A stretch of 64,000 bases of DNA from Terriglobia bacterium (GTDB taxonomy: Bacteria; Acidobacteriota; Terriglobia; JAJPHL01; JAPKYU01). The stretch is taken from the NCBI GenBank assembly GCA_965223005.1, contig CBDCVK010000002.1, positions 32,001 to 96,000 on the forward strand. The letters are read 5' to 3'. Shown here piece by piece: positions 39,629-51,700 of the stretch (its first letter is position 1; each line of letters starts with the position of its first letter). Below the pieces are notes generated by a model. That model saw only the letters and a list, made by a program, of their open reading frames with translations. It was not told the origin of the DNA and did not search any database. Made by a program: the position numbers and the translations under genes.

Positions 39629-41638
39629 TCACTCACCCGCCAGATTGAAGACGTAGAGCATGGCACCCGGCCGGACGTCGCGGAGCCACGGTGTTGAGTC
39701 CATAAACCAGAGAGGCCAGGCGCCTCCCGTGCCCGCCAAGATTGCGACTTGCTGTCGCCCATCCACGGCGAAGCTGACAGGTGGGGCGTTGATGCCAGTT
39801 CCCGTCTGAAAGTGCCAGAGTTCGTCGCCTGTGGAACTGTCGTAGGCCGATAAACGCCCCCTAGGATCGCCTGTGAAAACGAGCCCCCCAGCAGTGGCAA
39901 GCGTGCCTCCGAGAAGTGGAGATGAAGTGCGCGTCTTCCACCGAATTTCACCCCTCGCTACATCGAATGCCGTCAGACTTCCAGTGATCTCGTTCTGGGT
40001 GTTGTCCAATCCTCCTCCCACAAAGAGCTCAGCAGGCTTGTAGTCCTGCGGCTTATGAACAAGCACGTTACAGCTTTCGATGACGGGGATGAAGGCGAGC
40101 CTTTCTTTCGGACTGTAGGACATTGGAGGCCAGTTTTTCCCGCCCATATTCCCAGGGCAGGTGAGCGCTCTCGGGTTGTCCCGGCTTGGGACCGTTTTCG
40201 GATTCCGGTCGACGGGTCGCCCCGTCTTAGGATCCAGGCCCGAGGTCCAGGTGAGTTTGTCTACAAACTGGACGGCGTAGATAAACTGCCCGGTGATTCG
40301 ATCGAGGGCGTAGAAGAATCCGTTTCGGTCGGCGTGAATCAGGGCGCGACGTTTTTGGCCGCGGATCTCAACGTCCAGCAAAATGCTCTCGTTATTGCCG
40401 TCATAGTCCCAGGCGTCTGCCGGTGTGTACTGGTAGTGCCACTTGATCTTTCCGGTCTCAGGGTTAAGGGCTAAAACCGAGCTTGTGTACAAATTGTCGC
40501 CTGCCCGGTAGGAGGGATCCCAATCCGGACCTGGGTTACCCACTCCCCAGTAAAGAGTCTCAAGCTCACGATCGTAGGATCCAGTGATCCAGGTTGGCCC
40601 TCCCCCTGTCTTCCATGAGTCCCCGGCCCAGGTTTCATGCCCGGGCTCTCCCGGGCCCGGGATCGTATAAACTTTCCACACTAGATCGCCAGTTTTTAGG
40701 TCGAGGGCCGCAATCCAGCCGCGGATCCCATACTCGCCCCCAGCCACGCCGGTGAAAACCTTTCCTTTGGCGACTAAGGGAGCCGCCGTAGAGGATTCCC
40801 CTTTCTCCGGACGGGCGAGACGTGTTTCCCACACCTTCTTTCCCGTTTGCTTGTCGATCGCGATCGTCCGACCGTCGAGCGTGTTCTCGACAATTGTTTC
40901 CTCTGCGATAGCCACTCCACGGTTGTTAATACCGCAGCAGACTACGCGCACCACGTCCCGGGGAACCTTGGGATCAAACCGCCACACGAGCCTGCCCTCG
41001 TTTCGAAGGTCCAGTTTGAAGACTTCCCCCCAACCAGAAGTAACATACATAAAACCGTCTTCGATCGCCGGCGTCCCTTCCAGACCGCCTTGCACACCAA
41101 GCGAGAAAGCCCACGCTGCGCGAAGCTTCTGGATATTCTCACGGTTGATCTGATCGAGTGGCACATAGCGATGGGCCGACAAGGTGCGATGGTGGTGGGT
41201 CCACTCCGCCGCTTCATCGGTCCCCCCTCGCGAAGTGCTGATGACCAAAAATACGAAATCGACCACGCTTTTGATTTCTAGATCGTCGAGGCGACCCTTC
41301 CAGCCGAGCATCGTTGTCTCAGGGATTCCGTCGCTCACCACCGAGATCAGGTCATTGCGTGAGAGGGTCGTCTCTCGTAAGCCCGATACAGAGCCGCTTC
41401 CCTCACCATTCCTTCCATGACAGCGCGCGCAGTGCTCACGATAAATCTGGGCCCCAGAACTAGACGGCGAAGTCCCAGATGCAAAGGCGGGCAGACCTCC
41501 TGCAACCACCACGAAAAACCAACACCCGGCTAGACCGGCTGTCAACCCAAGCAAGCGGCCAATTGCGGTTCTTACACGGCTGACCAATTGTTCGGTTGGC
41601 ATCTTCTGCAGATGGATTATACAGGATAGGTCTTCCAA
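39629..41638 (-). CDS. PQQ-dependent alcohol dehydrogenase with N-terminal c-type cytochrome domain
   Basis: CARCH heme motif and distal Met (TMLGW). PQQ-ADH motifs CCGINNRG, GGEYGIRG, GNPGPDW, WDYDGNNE and GGKNWPP. Start uncertain. Confidence 0.9.
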   Translation of the reverse strand: MEDLSCIIHLQKMPTEQLVSRVRTAIGRLLGLTAGLAGCWFFVVVAGGLPAFASGTSPSSSGAQIYREHCARCHGRNGEGSGSVSGLRETTLSRNDLISVVSDGIPETTMLGWKGRLDDLEIKSVVDFVFLVISTSRGGTDEAAEWTHHHRTLSAHRYVPLDQINRENIQKLRAAWAFSLGVQGGLEGTPAIEDGFMYVTSGWGEVFKLDLRNEGRLVWRFDPKVPRDVVRVVCCGINNRGVAIAEETIVENTLDGRTIAIDKQTGKKVWETRLARPEKGESSTAAPLVAKGKVFTGVAGGEYGIRGWIAALDLKTGDLVWKVYTIPGPGEPGHETWAGDSWKTGGGPTWITGSYDRELETLYWGVGNPGPDWDPSYRAGDNLYTSSVLALNPETGKIKWHYQYTPADAWDYDGNNESILLDVEIRGQKRRALIHADRNGFFYALDRITGQFIYAVQFVDKLTWTSGLDPKTGRPVDRNPKTVPSRDNPRALTCPGNMGGKNWPPMSYSPKERLAFIPVIESCNVLVHKPQDYKPAELFVGGGLDNTQNEITGSLTAFDVARGEIRWKTRTSSPLLGGTLATAGGLVFTGDPRGRLSAYDSSTGDELWHFQTGTGINAPPVSFAVDGRQQVAILAGTGGAWPLWFMDSTPWLRDVRPGAMLYVFNLAGE

Positions 41639-41720
41639 GAGTTGTTATACGATTCTGACCAGGTGCGATCTATGCGGGATGTGCGGCCAGACATTTTCAT
41701 AGCTATCGTGAGGAGGGTTC

Positions 41721-42833
41721 ATGTTATCCGTGTTTTCGTGCCCTAGTCGTTACACGCAGGGAAAGAACGCTACGCGGGTGCTTGGTCAGGAAATGGGTGC
41801 TCTTGGTCTCGAGGGTCCAGCCCTGATCTTAGCCGGCAAAACGGCCGTCAGAATGCTGTTGGACACGTGGCGCAAGACCCTGGGCGATGCAGGCATCTCC
41901 TTTGAGATACACCAGTTCGGCGGAGAATGTTCCCTTGCCGAAATTGAGCGAATTAAGAATTCGGCAAAAAAAATGAATGGGCGAGTCATCATTGCCGCTG
42001 GAGGAGGAAAAGCTCTCGATGCCGGCCGGGCCGCGGCTGCCGATCTGGAGTTGCCGGTGGTCAACTGCCCCACGATTGCCTCGAGCGATGCTCCCTGCAG
42101 TGCATTGTCCGTGGTTTACACCGAAGAGGGAGTCTTTTACCAATATCGCTTCTATCGCAGGAATCCCGATTTGGTATTGGTCGATACCACTGTGATTGCG
42201 CGAAGTCCGGTCCGGCTCCTCGTAGCTGGAATGGGCGATGCCCTGGCCACGATGTTTGAGGCCAGGACCTGCGTAGAGGGATCTGTCAAGAATATGCGGG
42301 GCGGTGGATCGACTCAGAGCGCTCTGGCTCTGGCCGAGCTTTGCTATCGCACTTTACTAAACGACGGGGCGGATGCGAGGCTTGCCGTCGAAAGCCAAGC
42401 CGTCACTCCGGCTCTTGAACGATTGGTGGAAGCCAACACTTTGCTGTCAGGGTTGGGCTTTGAATCGTCGGGCCTGGCAGCGGCGCACGCCATCCATAAT
42501 GGGTTGACAGCAGCTCCTGCAACCCACTCTTTTTTCCACGGCGAAAAAGTTGCTTTCGGAACCCTGGTGCAGCTGGTCATGGAAGGCAAGCCTCAAAAGC
42601 TGATAGAAGAAGTGCTCAGCTTCTCTACAAGTGTCAGACTACCCATCACCCTGGCAGAGGTTGGACTGAAGGACGCGCCACTGGACATGCTCGAACAGGT
42701 CGCAGTCCGCGCTACGGCGAAAGGAGAAACGATCCACAATGAACCGTTCGACGTCAGTCCTGACATGGTGACAGACGGGATGCTGGCTGCAGATGCGATC
42801 GGCCGGGCTTGGAAGGAGAACAAGAAACAGTAA
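41721..42833 (+). CDS. gldA: NAD-dependent glycerol dehydrogenase
   Basis: Motifs PSRYTQG, FGGECS, GGGKALD, PTIASSDAPCSALSV.Y, AGMGDAL, SGLAAAHAIHNG and HGEKVAFG. Confidence 0.93.
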   Translation: MLSVFSCPSRYTQGKNATRVLGQEMGALGLEGPALILAGKTAVRMLLDTWRKTLGDAGISFEIHQFGGECSLAEIERIKNSAKKMNGRVIIAAGGGKALDAGRAAAADLELPVVNCPTIASSDAPCSALSVVYTEEGVFYQYRFYRRNPDLVLVDTTVIARSPVRLLVAGMGDALATMFEARTCVEGSVKNMRGGGSTQSALALAELCYRTLLNDGADARLAVESQAVTPALERLVEANTLLSGLGFESSGLAAAHAIHNGLTAAPATHSFFHGEKVAFGTLVQLVMEGKPQKLIEEVLSFSTSVRLPITLAEVGLKDAPLDMLEQVAVRATAKGETIHNEPFDVSPDMVTDGMLAADAIGRAWKENKKQ

Positions 42834-42945
42834 ACGATTTAGCGCTTTGCTGATGACTCCCCCGGACACTAACTGGGGATGAGGCTGATTTCGATTCCCG
42901 CTTGGTTGAGGCTGCTAACGTCGGGTGCTATGATGTACCATCGTT

Positions 42946-45900
42946 ATGTCGCTGTTTTGGAGACGCGCAGCCCTTCGTTCCAAGCCCCGCAGTTCCTTGT
43001 GGATCGCCGCTGCCTTGGCGCTCCTTCTGTTTCCCCTCGTCGCTCGCAGCACCCCCGTCCCTGGGGCCGAAGATAGAAAGCCCGACCCCCAGTCCGTCGA
43101 GTCGTTTGAGAAGCAGATTCGCCCTATCCTTGCGAAGCACTGCTTCTCATGCCACGGGGACTCACAGCAATTTTCCGAGCTCCGGCTCGATTCCCGCGAC
43201 CACATTTTGAAGGGCGGAAATAAGGGCCCCGCGATTGTCGCCGGCCGTGCCGCAGACAGCTTGCTGGTAAAGGCCATTCGCCACGAGGGCCTCAAGATGC
43301 CGATGGGCGGCAGCAAGCTCAAGGACGAAGAGATTGCAGCCATCGAGAAATGGATCAACCTGGGCGCTCCTTGGCCTGAGGAAGTGGCTGAAGGCACGTT
43401 GGGACCTGGCGATTCCGGTTTCTATGAAAAGATCGCAAACGAGCACTGGGCCTTTCAGCCGGTGCGCGAACCGAAGCCGCCGGTGGTCAAGGACACCTCT
43501 TGGTCCGACCATTCGGCAGACCGCTTCATCCTGGCGGCACTGGAAAAGGCAGGGCTGAAACCTTCCCCACCGGCCGACCGGAAGACGCTCATCCGGCGCT
43601 TGAGTTTCGTTTTAACAGGCCTCCCTCCTTCTCCCCTAGAGGTCGATCTGTTCGAGCGCGACCAGTCTCCCGGCGCCTACCAGAGGCTGGTCGACCGCCT
43701 GCTGGCGTCGCCTCATTTCGGCGAACACTGGGCCCGTCACTGGATGGATGTAATGCGGTTTGCCGAAACCCTTGGCAACGACTGGAACTACGAACTGCAC
43801 GGCGCATGGATTTACCGCGACTACCTGATTCGGGCGTTCAACCAGGATCTCCCCTACGACCAGTTCATCCGCGAGCATTTTGCCGGTGACCTGCTCGAAA
43901 ATCCGCGTGTCAACCGAGAAGAGGGGATCAACGAATCAGAAATCGGCACGGCTTTCTTCCGCCTTGGCGAGCAAGGCCACGATGACTGCACCGCCTTCCG
44001 GGAGGTCCGAACGGACGTCGTCGACAATCAGATCGACACGTTGGGCAAGGCGTTCCAGGGACTCACCATCGCGTGCGCGCGCTGCCATGACCATAAGCTC
44101 GACCCAATCCCCACCGCCGACTACTATGCCCTTTACGGAGTGCTGACCAGCTCGCGCCTGGTGACGCGAACCGCCGACCTGCCCGAAGTCCACAAAGCCC
44201 TCAAGCAGCAGTTGCGGGATATGAAGCCGAGCATTCGCGCCGAGCTGGCCCGGCGGTGGATCCTCGAAACTGAAACGGTGCCCCGCTACCTGCTGGCCGC
44301 CCACAGGGCATGGAAGGGCCTTCCCCCGGAAGTGAAGGACCTCAACGAGCTGTCCATGGACCGGATTCAGGCCTGGCTGAGTCTGCTTGAAAAACCCAAG
44401 CCAGAAATGGAAGACCCCCTCTATCCCTGGATTCAGGTGGCGCAGTCAACGGCCGACAACCGCTTCGCCGAGTGGCAGAAGCTGGCCGCTCGCTACGTTG
44501 AAGAGGGCCGCTCGCGCGCCGCTTTCAATCGCGAGAGCTTTCGCCCTTTCGGCGATTTCTACCTCGGCGGATTTGGAAGCGGGCTCGGTGGATTTGGAGG
44601 CTGGCACGCTGATGGAAACGTGTTGACCGATGGTCTGTCGCCGAGCGGCGAATTCGCCGTGGCCAGCAGCGGGCCGAAAGCGGTCACCGGCGTCTTCCCC
44701 GCCGGCGTCTACACCCACGCGCTCTCGGAGCGTCTGAATGGTGCTCTCCGCTCACCCTTCGTTCCCAAAAACAAGAAGTTCGTGAGCATTCGGGTCGTGG
44801 GTGGCAAGCTCGGCGCACGCCGCACCATCCTCGACAATTGCATGCTCAGCGAGGCCTACGAGGTTCTGGACCAGGATTCTCTAGGTTGGGTTAAGATCGC
44901 GAATCGCAACGAGCAGAAAGCCCTACCTTTCTACATCGAGCTCGTCACCAAGCCAGACAACCCACGCATCCCGGATCGTCCCAAGCGCTTGAAGGCCTCG
45001 GAGGAGCAAGTGGCCTCGCCGTTCTCCTACTTCGGCATCACCCGCGCCGTCCTGCATGAGGTCGACGAGACGCCGAAGGCTAAACTTACCCATATGGGGC
45101 GGCTCTTCGCAAGCGAGGCTCCCGCAAACCTCGCCACGCTTGCTCAGCGCTATGCTGCCGTCGCGCGCCAGGCGCTGTCGGCATGGGCCGAAGGCCAAGC
45201 CTCTGACGAGGATGCCCGGTGGATCAACTGGCTGCTGCAGAACCGGCTCCTCACCAATTCGAAAGGCCTCAGCCCGCAGATCCGTACGCTGATCGATGAG
45301 TACCGCGCCGTCGAGTCCCGCATTACGCCGCCGCGCGTCTTTCATGGCATGGCGGACCTCGGCGCCGGGTACGACTTTCCGGTATTGCCCGGTGGCGATG
45401 CCCGCCATCCCGGGAAGCCTGTGCCGCGCGGCTTTCTGCAGCTCATCAGCAACTCCAATGGCGGGTTCAAGGTTTTTGGCAGCGGCCGACGTGAACTAGC
45501 CGAACTCATCGCCAGCCCTGACAATCCGCTCACGGCGCGCGTCGTGGTCAACCGCATCTGGCAGCACCTCTTCGGGCGCGGGATCGTAACGACAGCAGAT
45601 AACTTCGGCACCTACGGTGAGCCTCCATCGCATCCCGAACTGCTCGATTATTTGGCGGCGCGCTTCGTCCACGACGGCTGGTCCGTCAAGAAGCTCATCC
45701 GCTTCCTCGTGCTTTCCAAGAGCTTTCGGCAATCAAGCCGGTACTCCCCAGAAGCAATGGTCGCGGATCCGTTGAATCGGCTGCTGTCCCGCTACCCGGC
45801 ACGCCGCCTCGAAGCAGAATCCATCCGGGACGCCATCCTCACCGTCTCGGGTCGTCTCGACCGCACGCTCTATGGGCCGAGCACTCACCCCCACCGCGAG

Positions 45901-46356
45901 CAGCCCAAAGACTACCGTAAACTCCACCAGGGTCCTCTCGATGGCAATGGCAGGCGCAGCATTTACCTGAAAGTGACCCGCCACGAGGGCGCGCGTTTCC
46001 TTGAAATTTTCGACTTTCCCAATCCCACGGTGACGCGGGGGACCCGCGACGTGACCAACGTGCCGCCACAGGCACTGGCGCTGATGAACGATCCCTTCGT
46101 GGTCGACCAGGCGGGTGTCTGGGCGGACCGCCTCCTGGTCCAGACCGGATCCATCGAAGGACGCATCGAGGCAATGTTTCGCACCGCGTTAGGCCGACTT
46201 CCGGACGCTGCTGAAGCCGAGAGATTTCGTGAGCTGGCCAAAGAGCTGGCAAGCCAACATAAAGTGAAGGATGACAAGGTGCTCGAGAACAGGGATGTCT
46301 GGAAGGACGTGGCTCATGCAGTGTTTAACTTGAAGGAATTCCTGTATACTCGGTAG
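42946..46356 (+). CDS. Planctomycete-type cytochrome c protein (PSCyt1 + DUF1549 + DUF1553)
   Basis: Motifs [48 protein letters not shown] and QALALMN. Confidence 0.92.
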   Translation: MSLFWRRAALRSKPRSSLWIAAALALLLFPLVARSTPVPGAEDRKPDPQSVESFEKQIRPILAKHCFSCHGDSQQFSELRLDSRDHILKGGNKGPAIVAGRAADSLLVKAIRHEGLKMPMGGSKLKDEEIAAIEKWINLGAPWPEEVAEGTLGPGDSGFYEKIANEHWAFQPVREPKPPVVKDTSWSDHSADRFILAALEKAGLKPSPPADRKTLIRRLSFVLTGLPPSPLEVDLFERDQSPGAYQRLVDRLLASPHFGEHWARHWMDVMRFAETLGNDWNYELHGAWIYRDYLIRAFNQDLPYDQFIREHFAGDLLENPRVNREEGINESEIGTAFFRLGEQGHDDCTAFREVRTDVVDNQIDTLGKAFQGLTIACARCHDHKLDPIPTADYYALYGVLTSSRLVTRTADLPEVHKALKQQLRDMKPSIRAELARRWILETETVPRYLLAAHRAWKGLPPEVKDLNELSMDRIQAWLSLLEKPKPEMEDPLYPWIQVAQSTADNRFAEWQKLAARYVEEGRSRAAFNRESFRPFGDFYLGGFGSGLGGFGGWHADGNVLTDGLSPSGEFAVASSGPKAVTGVFPAGVYTHALSERLNGALRSPFVPKNKKFVSIRVVGGKLGARRTILDNCMLSEAYEVLDQDSLGWVKIANRNEQKALPFYIELVTKPDNPRIPDRPKRLKASEEQVASPFSYFGITRAVLHEVDETPKAKLTHMGRLFASEAPANLATLAQRYAAVARQALSAWAEGQASDEDARWINWLLQNRLLTNSKGLSPQIRTLIDEYRAVESRITPPRVFHGMADLGAGYDFPVLPGGDARHPGKPVPRGFLQLISNSNGGFKVFGSGRRELAELIASPDNPLTARVVVNRIWQHLFGRGIVTTADNFGTYGEPPSHPELLDYLAARFVHDGWSVKKLIRFLVLSKSFRQSSRYSPEAMVADPLNRLLSRYPARRLEAESIRDAILTVSGRLDRTLYGPSTHPHREQPKDYRKLHQGPLDGNGRRSIYLKVTRHEGARFLEIFDFPNPTVTRGTRDVTNVPPQALALMNDPFVVDQAGVWADRLLVQTGSIEGRIEAMFRTALGRLPDAAEAERFRELAKELASQHKVKDDKVLENRDVWKDVAHAVFNLKEFLYTR

Positions 46357-46373
46357 ATAAAGCAGGAGCCGCA

Positions 46374-47819
46374 ATGGCTACGAAGAAGAACAACCATAGC
46401 GGGTGCCCCGGATGCCTCCGGACGCCGCTCACACGCAGGGACGCCCTGAAAGTTGCCTCGAACGGATTCGGCATGCTGGCGCTCTCGGCCCTGATGGCTG
46501 AGGAGACCTATGCGGGTCTCGCCAATCACAAGGGACCACACTTCGCGCCCAAGGCCAAGAATATCGTCTTCTTGTACATGCCTGGCGCGGTCTCGCATGT
46601 CGACACGTTCGATCCCAAGCCGAAGCTGGCGGAACTGGACGGGAAGCTGTTCGAGGGCGTCTTCCAGCCTGGAGCCAAGAGGGAGACGAATCGCAAGTGG
46701 ATGAAGAGCCCCTGGAAATTCAATCAATATGGCCAGGCCGGGATCCCCGTCAGCGATTTGTTTCCCCACCTTGCCACCTGCGTCGATGATCTCGCCATCA
46801 TCCGCTCCATGGTCTCGGGCTTCCCCCTCCATCCTCGTGGCAATCTGCTCATGCACACCGGGCGCACTGTAGGTGGGTATCCAAGCCTTGGCTCTTGGGT
46901 CAGCTATGCGTTGGGAAGCGAGAACGAGAACCTCCCCGGCTACGTTTTGCTGCACGGGGGCGCGGTTCCCCCTGGAGGACTCGAGAACTTCTCCAATGGC
47001 TTCTTGCCTGCTTCGCACCAGGCGATGCCCATGCAGGCCGAGGGCACACCGGTCGAAAACCTAGAGCCGGCCGACAAGGAACCCAAGGTGCAGCGTACCA
47101 AGCTGGATGCCGTACGCCAGCAAGATCGCCAGTTTCTTGCTTCCCTCGGCTCCGATGACGCCATCGATGCCGCCATCCGAAATTACGAGCTGGCCTACCG
47201 GATGCAGTCGCTCGTTCCCGATGTTCTGGACCTCGACAAAGAGAGCGAGGCGACCAAGCGCCTCTACGGACTCGACGCTTCAGACAAGAACAAGCGATTC
47301 TATGGGTTGCAGTGCCTTCGGGCCCGCAGGCTCATTGAAGCCGGCGTCCGCTTTGTCGAAATCACCTGCCCGGAAGCTTATGGCGGCAACAACGGGACCT
47401 GGGATCAGCACACTGAACTGAAGAAAGGGCATGAGGGCAATGCTCTCATGACCGATCAGAGCGCGGCGGCACTGCTGAAGGATCTGAAGGCGAGAGGCAT
47501 GCTGCAGGAGACGCTGGTCGTCTGGGCAACCGAGTTCGGGCGCACTCCTCATACTGGCAACGGCCATGGCCGGGATCATCACGAGACCGCCTTTTCGATC
47601 TGGATGGCGGGCGGCGGCGTCAAGGGCGGCGTCATCCACGGCGCCACCGATGAGACCGGGATGCACGCGGTCGAAAATATCACGGCCGTCCAGGACGCGC
47701 ATGCCACCATCCTTCACTTACTCGGTCTTGATCACGAGCGACTCATCTACCGTTTCGGCGGCCGCGATGTCAGCCTCACGGATGTGCACGGCCGCGTGAT
47801 CCGCGAGATTCTGAGCTAA
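46374..47819 (+). CDS. DUF1501 domain protein (Tat-like signal)
   Basis: Motifs TRRDAL, PHFAPKAKNIVFL.M.G..SHVDTFDPKP, ARRLIEAGVRFVE, EFGRTP, GRDHH and DVHG. Confidence 0.93.
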   Translation: MATKKNNHSGCPGCLRTPLTRRDALKVASNGFGMLALSALMAEETYAGLANHKGPHFAPKAKNIVFLYMPGAVSHVDTFDPKPKLAELDGKLFEGVFQPGAKRETNRKWMKSPWKFNQYGQAGIPVSDLFPHLATCVDDLAIIRSMVSGFPLHPRGNLLMHTGRTVGGYPSLGSWVSYALGSENENLPGYVLLHGGAVPPGGLENFSNGFLPASHQAMPMQAEGTPVENLEPADKEPKVQRTKLDAVRQQDRQFLASLGSDDAIDAAIRNYELAYRMQSLVPDVLDLDKESEATKRLYGLDASDKNKRFYGLQCLRARRLIEAGVRFVEITCPEAYGGNNGTWDQHTELKKGHEGNALMTDQSAAALLKDLKARGMLQETLVVWATEFGRTPHTGNGHGRDHHETAFSIWMAGGGVKGGVIHGATDETGMHAVENITAVQDAHATILHLLGLDHERLIYRFGGRDVSLTDVHGRVIREILS

Positions 47820-47835
47820 ACCAGTTCGCGGCGCC

Positions 47836-48372
47836 ATGCGTAACCGTATTTCGGTGGCGGATTACAACGCGGATTGGGCTTTCAAAGAGCGTTTTCAGGA
47901 ACCGAGAGCCAGGGCAGGCTACCTCACCCCCGAAGAGATCGTTCGGTTCTATGGCACTTTAGGCGTAGATGGTCTCGACCTCACGCACTTTTGCTGGGAG
48001 AAGTGTTCGCCTGCGTATGTAAAAACCCTCGCCGCCGACTCCGGTTTACGTATCATCTGCTACATCTTCCTGGTTGATCTGGTCCTGCCGTCGAGAGACC
48101 GTAAGGCTGCGCTCGGCACTGCTTTTTCCCTACTGGATCGGACCGCGGAACTGGGTGCTTCGCTGGCGATGATCATACCGGGTTGGGTCAAGGAAAACGT
48201 CCCGCTGCAGGAACAGCGTAGCTGGCTGGTCGAGGGGCTTCGTGAATGCGCCAACCATGCCAAGTCACTGGGTGTGATGCTCGCCATCGAAAACCTGGAC
48301 GACGATTGGGGTCGTCCCCTGATGGGCCGAGGTTCTCAGTGCCGTGAGATCTGCACGCAAGTCGATTCTCCC
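47836..48372 (+). pseudogene. Sugar phosphate isomerase/epimerase (xylose isomerase-like TIM barrel), 3'-truncated
   Basis: GVDGLDL, AELGA and GVMLAIEN. Homology ends at QVDSP and the remainder of the ORF is antisense to another gene fragment. Confidence 0.7.
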
Positions 48373-48476
48373 CCAATCACGGCGAATGGAATCGCGAATA
48401 CGGCTGAGAAAAGCAGGTACATAACACCTGAAACCTTCGCTGTCTGCAGGATACCGAACGATTTTATCTGTTGCAT
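48372..48476 (-). pseudogene. 5' fragment of a small membrane protein (DUF3566-like)
   Basis: AAGGAG RBS and MQQIKSFGILQTAKVSGVMYLLFSAVFAIPFAVIG. Abuts the epimerase fragment. Confidence 0.45.
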
Positions 48477-48655
48477 GGCAAGCTCCTTAGCAGGGATTGT
48501 GTTCAAGCGATACTCGGTCCCAGACCACCGGGTTGTCAAGTGCTCTTCGTTTATAGATCTTTGGGTCTCCTTAATGCCCACAAGTAATTCTATATAAACA
48601 ACTTACTTTCGGTTGGTTATTGGGAGAACGGGAAAGGATCTCCCGCCCCAAAAGC

Positions 48656-48691
48656 AAATCCGCCTCCAGACTTGCGTCTGGAGGCGGATTT
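48656..48691. terminator. Strong hairpin terminator after the TonB-dependent receptor
   Basis: AAATCCGCCTCCAGAC-TTGC-GTCTGGAGGCGGATTT, a perfect 16-bp stem with T-runs on both sides. Confidence 0.85.
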
Positions 48692-48707
48692 TGTGTGTGG
48701 ATAGGAG

Positions 48708-51700
48708 TTAGAAGTTGATCTTCAGCCCCATCTGTCCAACGCGAGGTTGCAGTCCCAAGCCGCCAACTTGGCCAAAGTCAGGATTGGCCACATTGACGCC
48801 CGGACCACCGAACCGCACCCGGTTGAGGATGTTGAAGAACTCGAGCCGCCATTCGATATTCACGCTTTCCGTGATATTGGTTCGCTTGATCAGCCCGACG
48901 TTCTCGTTGTAGAACGAGAAATGCCTGGCGTTGCTCAGGATCGAAGGCGCGTTGCCGAAGGTATTCGGCTCGGGAATCTCAAAAGCACTTCGGTTGAGGT
49001 ATGAGGTGACTCCGATTTCGAAATTGTCGGTGGACCCTGCCACCGGATTCGCTCCCGCCACCACGTTGGGAAGGGCGCGGCGAGTAAACAGGCCCACGGT
49101 GTTGGGCGTGAGCACCGAGAGCGGATTTCCCGACTGGTAGTTGACAATCCCGGTGATCTGCCAGCCGCCTAGTATCTTGGCCGTCGCCCCGGTCGTCCCG
49201 CCGCCTAGCAGCTTTCCGGGACCGAACGGCAATTGATACATGAACCCTGCGACAAATCGCGCCGTAAGATCGGAAGGCGAAAGCGCCTTTTCCAGTTGCC
49301 GGTTATAGTGGTCCCGCGCCGATGGCGAAAAGAACGCGCCCCAATTCGAATCCGAGTCGGTTAGGTGCTTTTGCCAGCGGAACGAACTCAGCAGGTATAG
49401 ACCCCGCGTGAGCCGTCTCTCGACCTTCGCCTGGAACGAGTGGAAGGTTGAGTTTCCGATGCCGACCGCGTCAAAATTGTCCCCTCCGATATCCCCAACG
49501 GTCCCGACAATGGCGTACTGTGGGTAGGGCCGCAAGGACTGGCCCAGGGTGCCCGTGAATCCTGCGTAGGGAGGCGAGAAGCCCTCCGCCGCCAGAAGAG
49601 CAGCGTCGTCTGTAAAGTTCCGGCCGAGCAGGGGACCCAGCCCGAGGAAGCTCGGATTGAGCTGGTTTTGAGCAAACATCCCGCTGTTCAGCCGGGTTCC
49701 CTTGTTGGCCACATAGGCGAGGTCAATGAGCCAGTTGCCGGGCAACTGATGCTGAATATTGAAGGTCCATTCCTGCCTGTAGGGCTTACGGTGGGTATCG
49801 TGGAACTCCCAGGCGCGGCTGCCATTGGCGAAGGCCGGATCGATAAACGGAGGCCGAAAATAGGTTGGAAACCCCACCGCACCCCAATTGAAGGCCGCCG
49901 TGAGGCCGTTATCGGGCGATATGAGAGTGGGCGAGGCCTCAAAGCCTAGCCCCGAGCGCCGCATGTTCCCAGCCTGGTCGATCAGAGTGCCAAAGTAGTT
50001 GAGCCCGTATCCGACACGCACTACCGTGTTCGGCAAAACCCTCCAGGCGAGGCCGAGGCGCGGAGCAAAGTTGGTGTAAGACACCTGGTCCGCGCCGAGA
50101 ATACGGCTCTTTCCAGTGCGGCCCGCGCCATCACCAGCAAAGATCAGCGCACCAGGCCGTCCGCCGGCGCCGGGATTGGGCAGGTTGAGATCCAGGATCG
50201 ACCAGTTATCATTCCTCTCCGTCATCGGGAAGAACGCATCCCATCTCACACCCAGGTTCATAGTGAGGGTGGGGGTGATCTTGATGTCATCCTGGAAAAA
50301 CAGTCCGAGAATTGAACTCCGGGCTTGCGATAGGTCGTTGGTAAACGCCGGGTCAAGCAGCCCACCACGGTCCACGTCGCCTAACAGGTAGCTCCCGAAA
50401 TCAAAGCCCGTTTGGCCCGGGAACGCAGGATGCGAAGTCTCGGTCCGCGCGAACGCGAAGCGGCCGTTGGTGGGAGCCGAAAACTGATCCGTCTGGTTGT
50501 TGCGGTAGTCCATACCGATCTTCATGTTGTGCTTACCGCGAATCACAGTCAGGGTGTCGTTAAAAACGAACAGGTCCTGAAAGAACTTGGTCAGCGTATC
50601 GATCGAACCCCCCGAGCCGCTAATCTCAGCATAGGAGCTGAATGTGATGTGGGGGAACGCGCCGTCATGAATGCCGGTGAAGGGCGCCTGGCCCTGTGGG
50701 CCCCGGGTCGGGAACCCCAGCCTGTCAGCCCACCCATCGCCATGGCCCAGGACCTGGAACGATTCAAACTGCCGATTGTAGCCGCCCGACAAACGATTGG
50801 TCACCGTCGGCGTGATCATGATGTCCCAGGCAGAGCGGAAGTGGCCCTCGTTGAGACCCCCCCGCGTCGACCTGCCGTGCGGGAAGGGGATGGCATGCAG
50901 GGATAACCTGGGGTTGGGATGGTAGTTGATCATAATGTAGAAATTCTGCCGATCAGTAATCCGGAAATCTGCTCGCGTGGTCCATTTCAAGTTCTTAGCC
51001 TTCGGCGAGCTTGTAGACAGATAATTATTGAAGTCGCCTGGGCCTGTCGGAGCGGCCAGAAAAGCATTGATGTTCTTCGATACTTGACTGATCCGGTCCG
51101 ATGGGATGATGTTTCCCGGGAACGGGTCGCGCGTGAACCCGCCTAGCCCGTCGTCGCGGGTGGTTGCCGGATCAAAGACCTGGTTCGCCCGGATGCCAGG
51201 CGCGACCTCAGCACCCAGCAGCGAAGAAAGATCGCCGCTCTTGACGGCGGCAGTCGGCACCGAAAGAAAGTCGCTGCCTCCCTCATCACTGCGTCGGAAC
51301 CAGTTGATATTGACAAAGCCGAAGAGCCGATCCTTGATGACAGGGCCACCCGCACTCAGTCCAAACTCGTTCCAGCGCCGCTTCGGGGCCCTTGGTTGGG
51401 TGAAACCGCTCGCGTCGAGGTAGTCGTTGCGCCAGAAATAATACAGGTTGCCGTGAAGCTCATTGGTTCCGGACTTTGTGACGAATTTTGCCGTACCACC
51501 ACCGGAGTTGGTCTCCGCCGAGGCGGTGCTGGACGAAAGCGAGGCTTCCTGAACTGCTTCCGGCGCCATGCTCAATTCATTGGTGCTTTGCATCGCACCC
51601 GGCCCCACATGCAACGTCAGGCCGTCCAGGTTCTGTTCCAGCGACCCAAACTGGCCACCATTGATTCTCTGGTAGAAGGTAGAGCCGGGATTGCTTCGGA

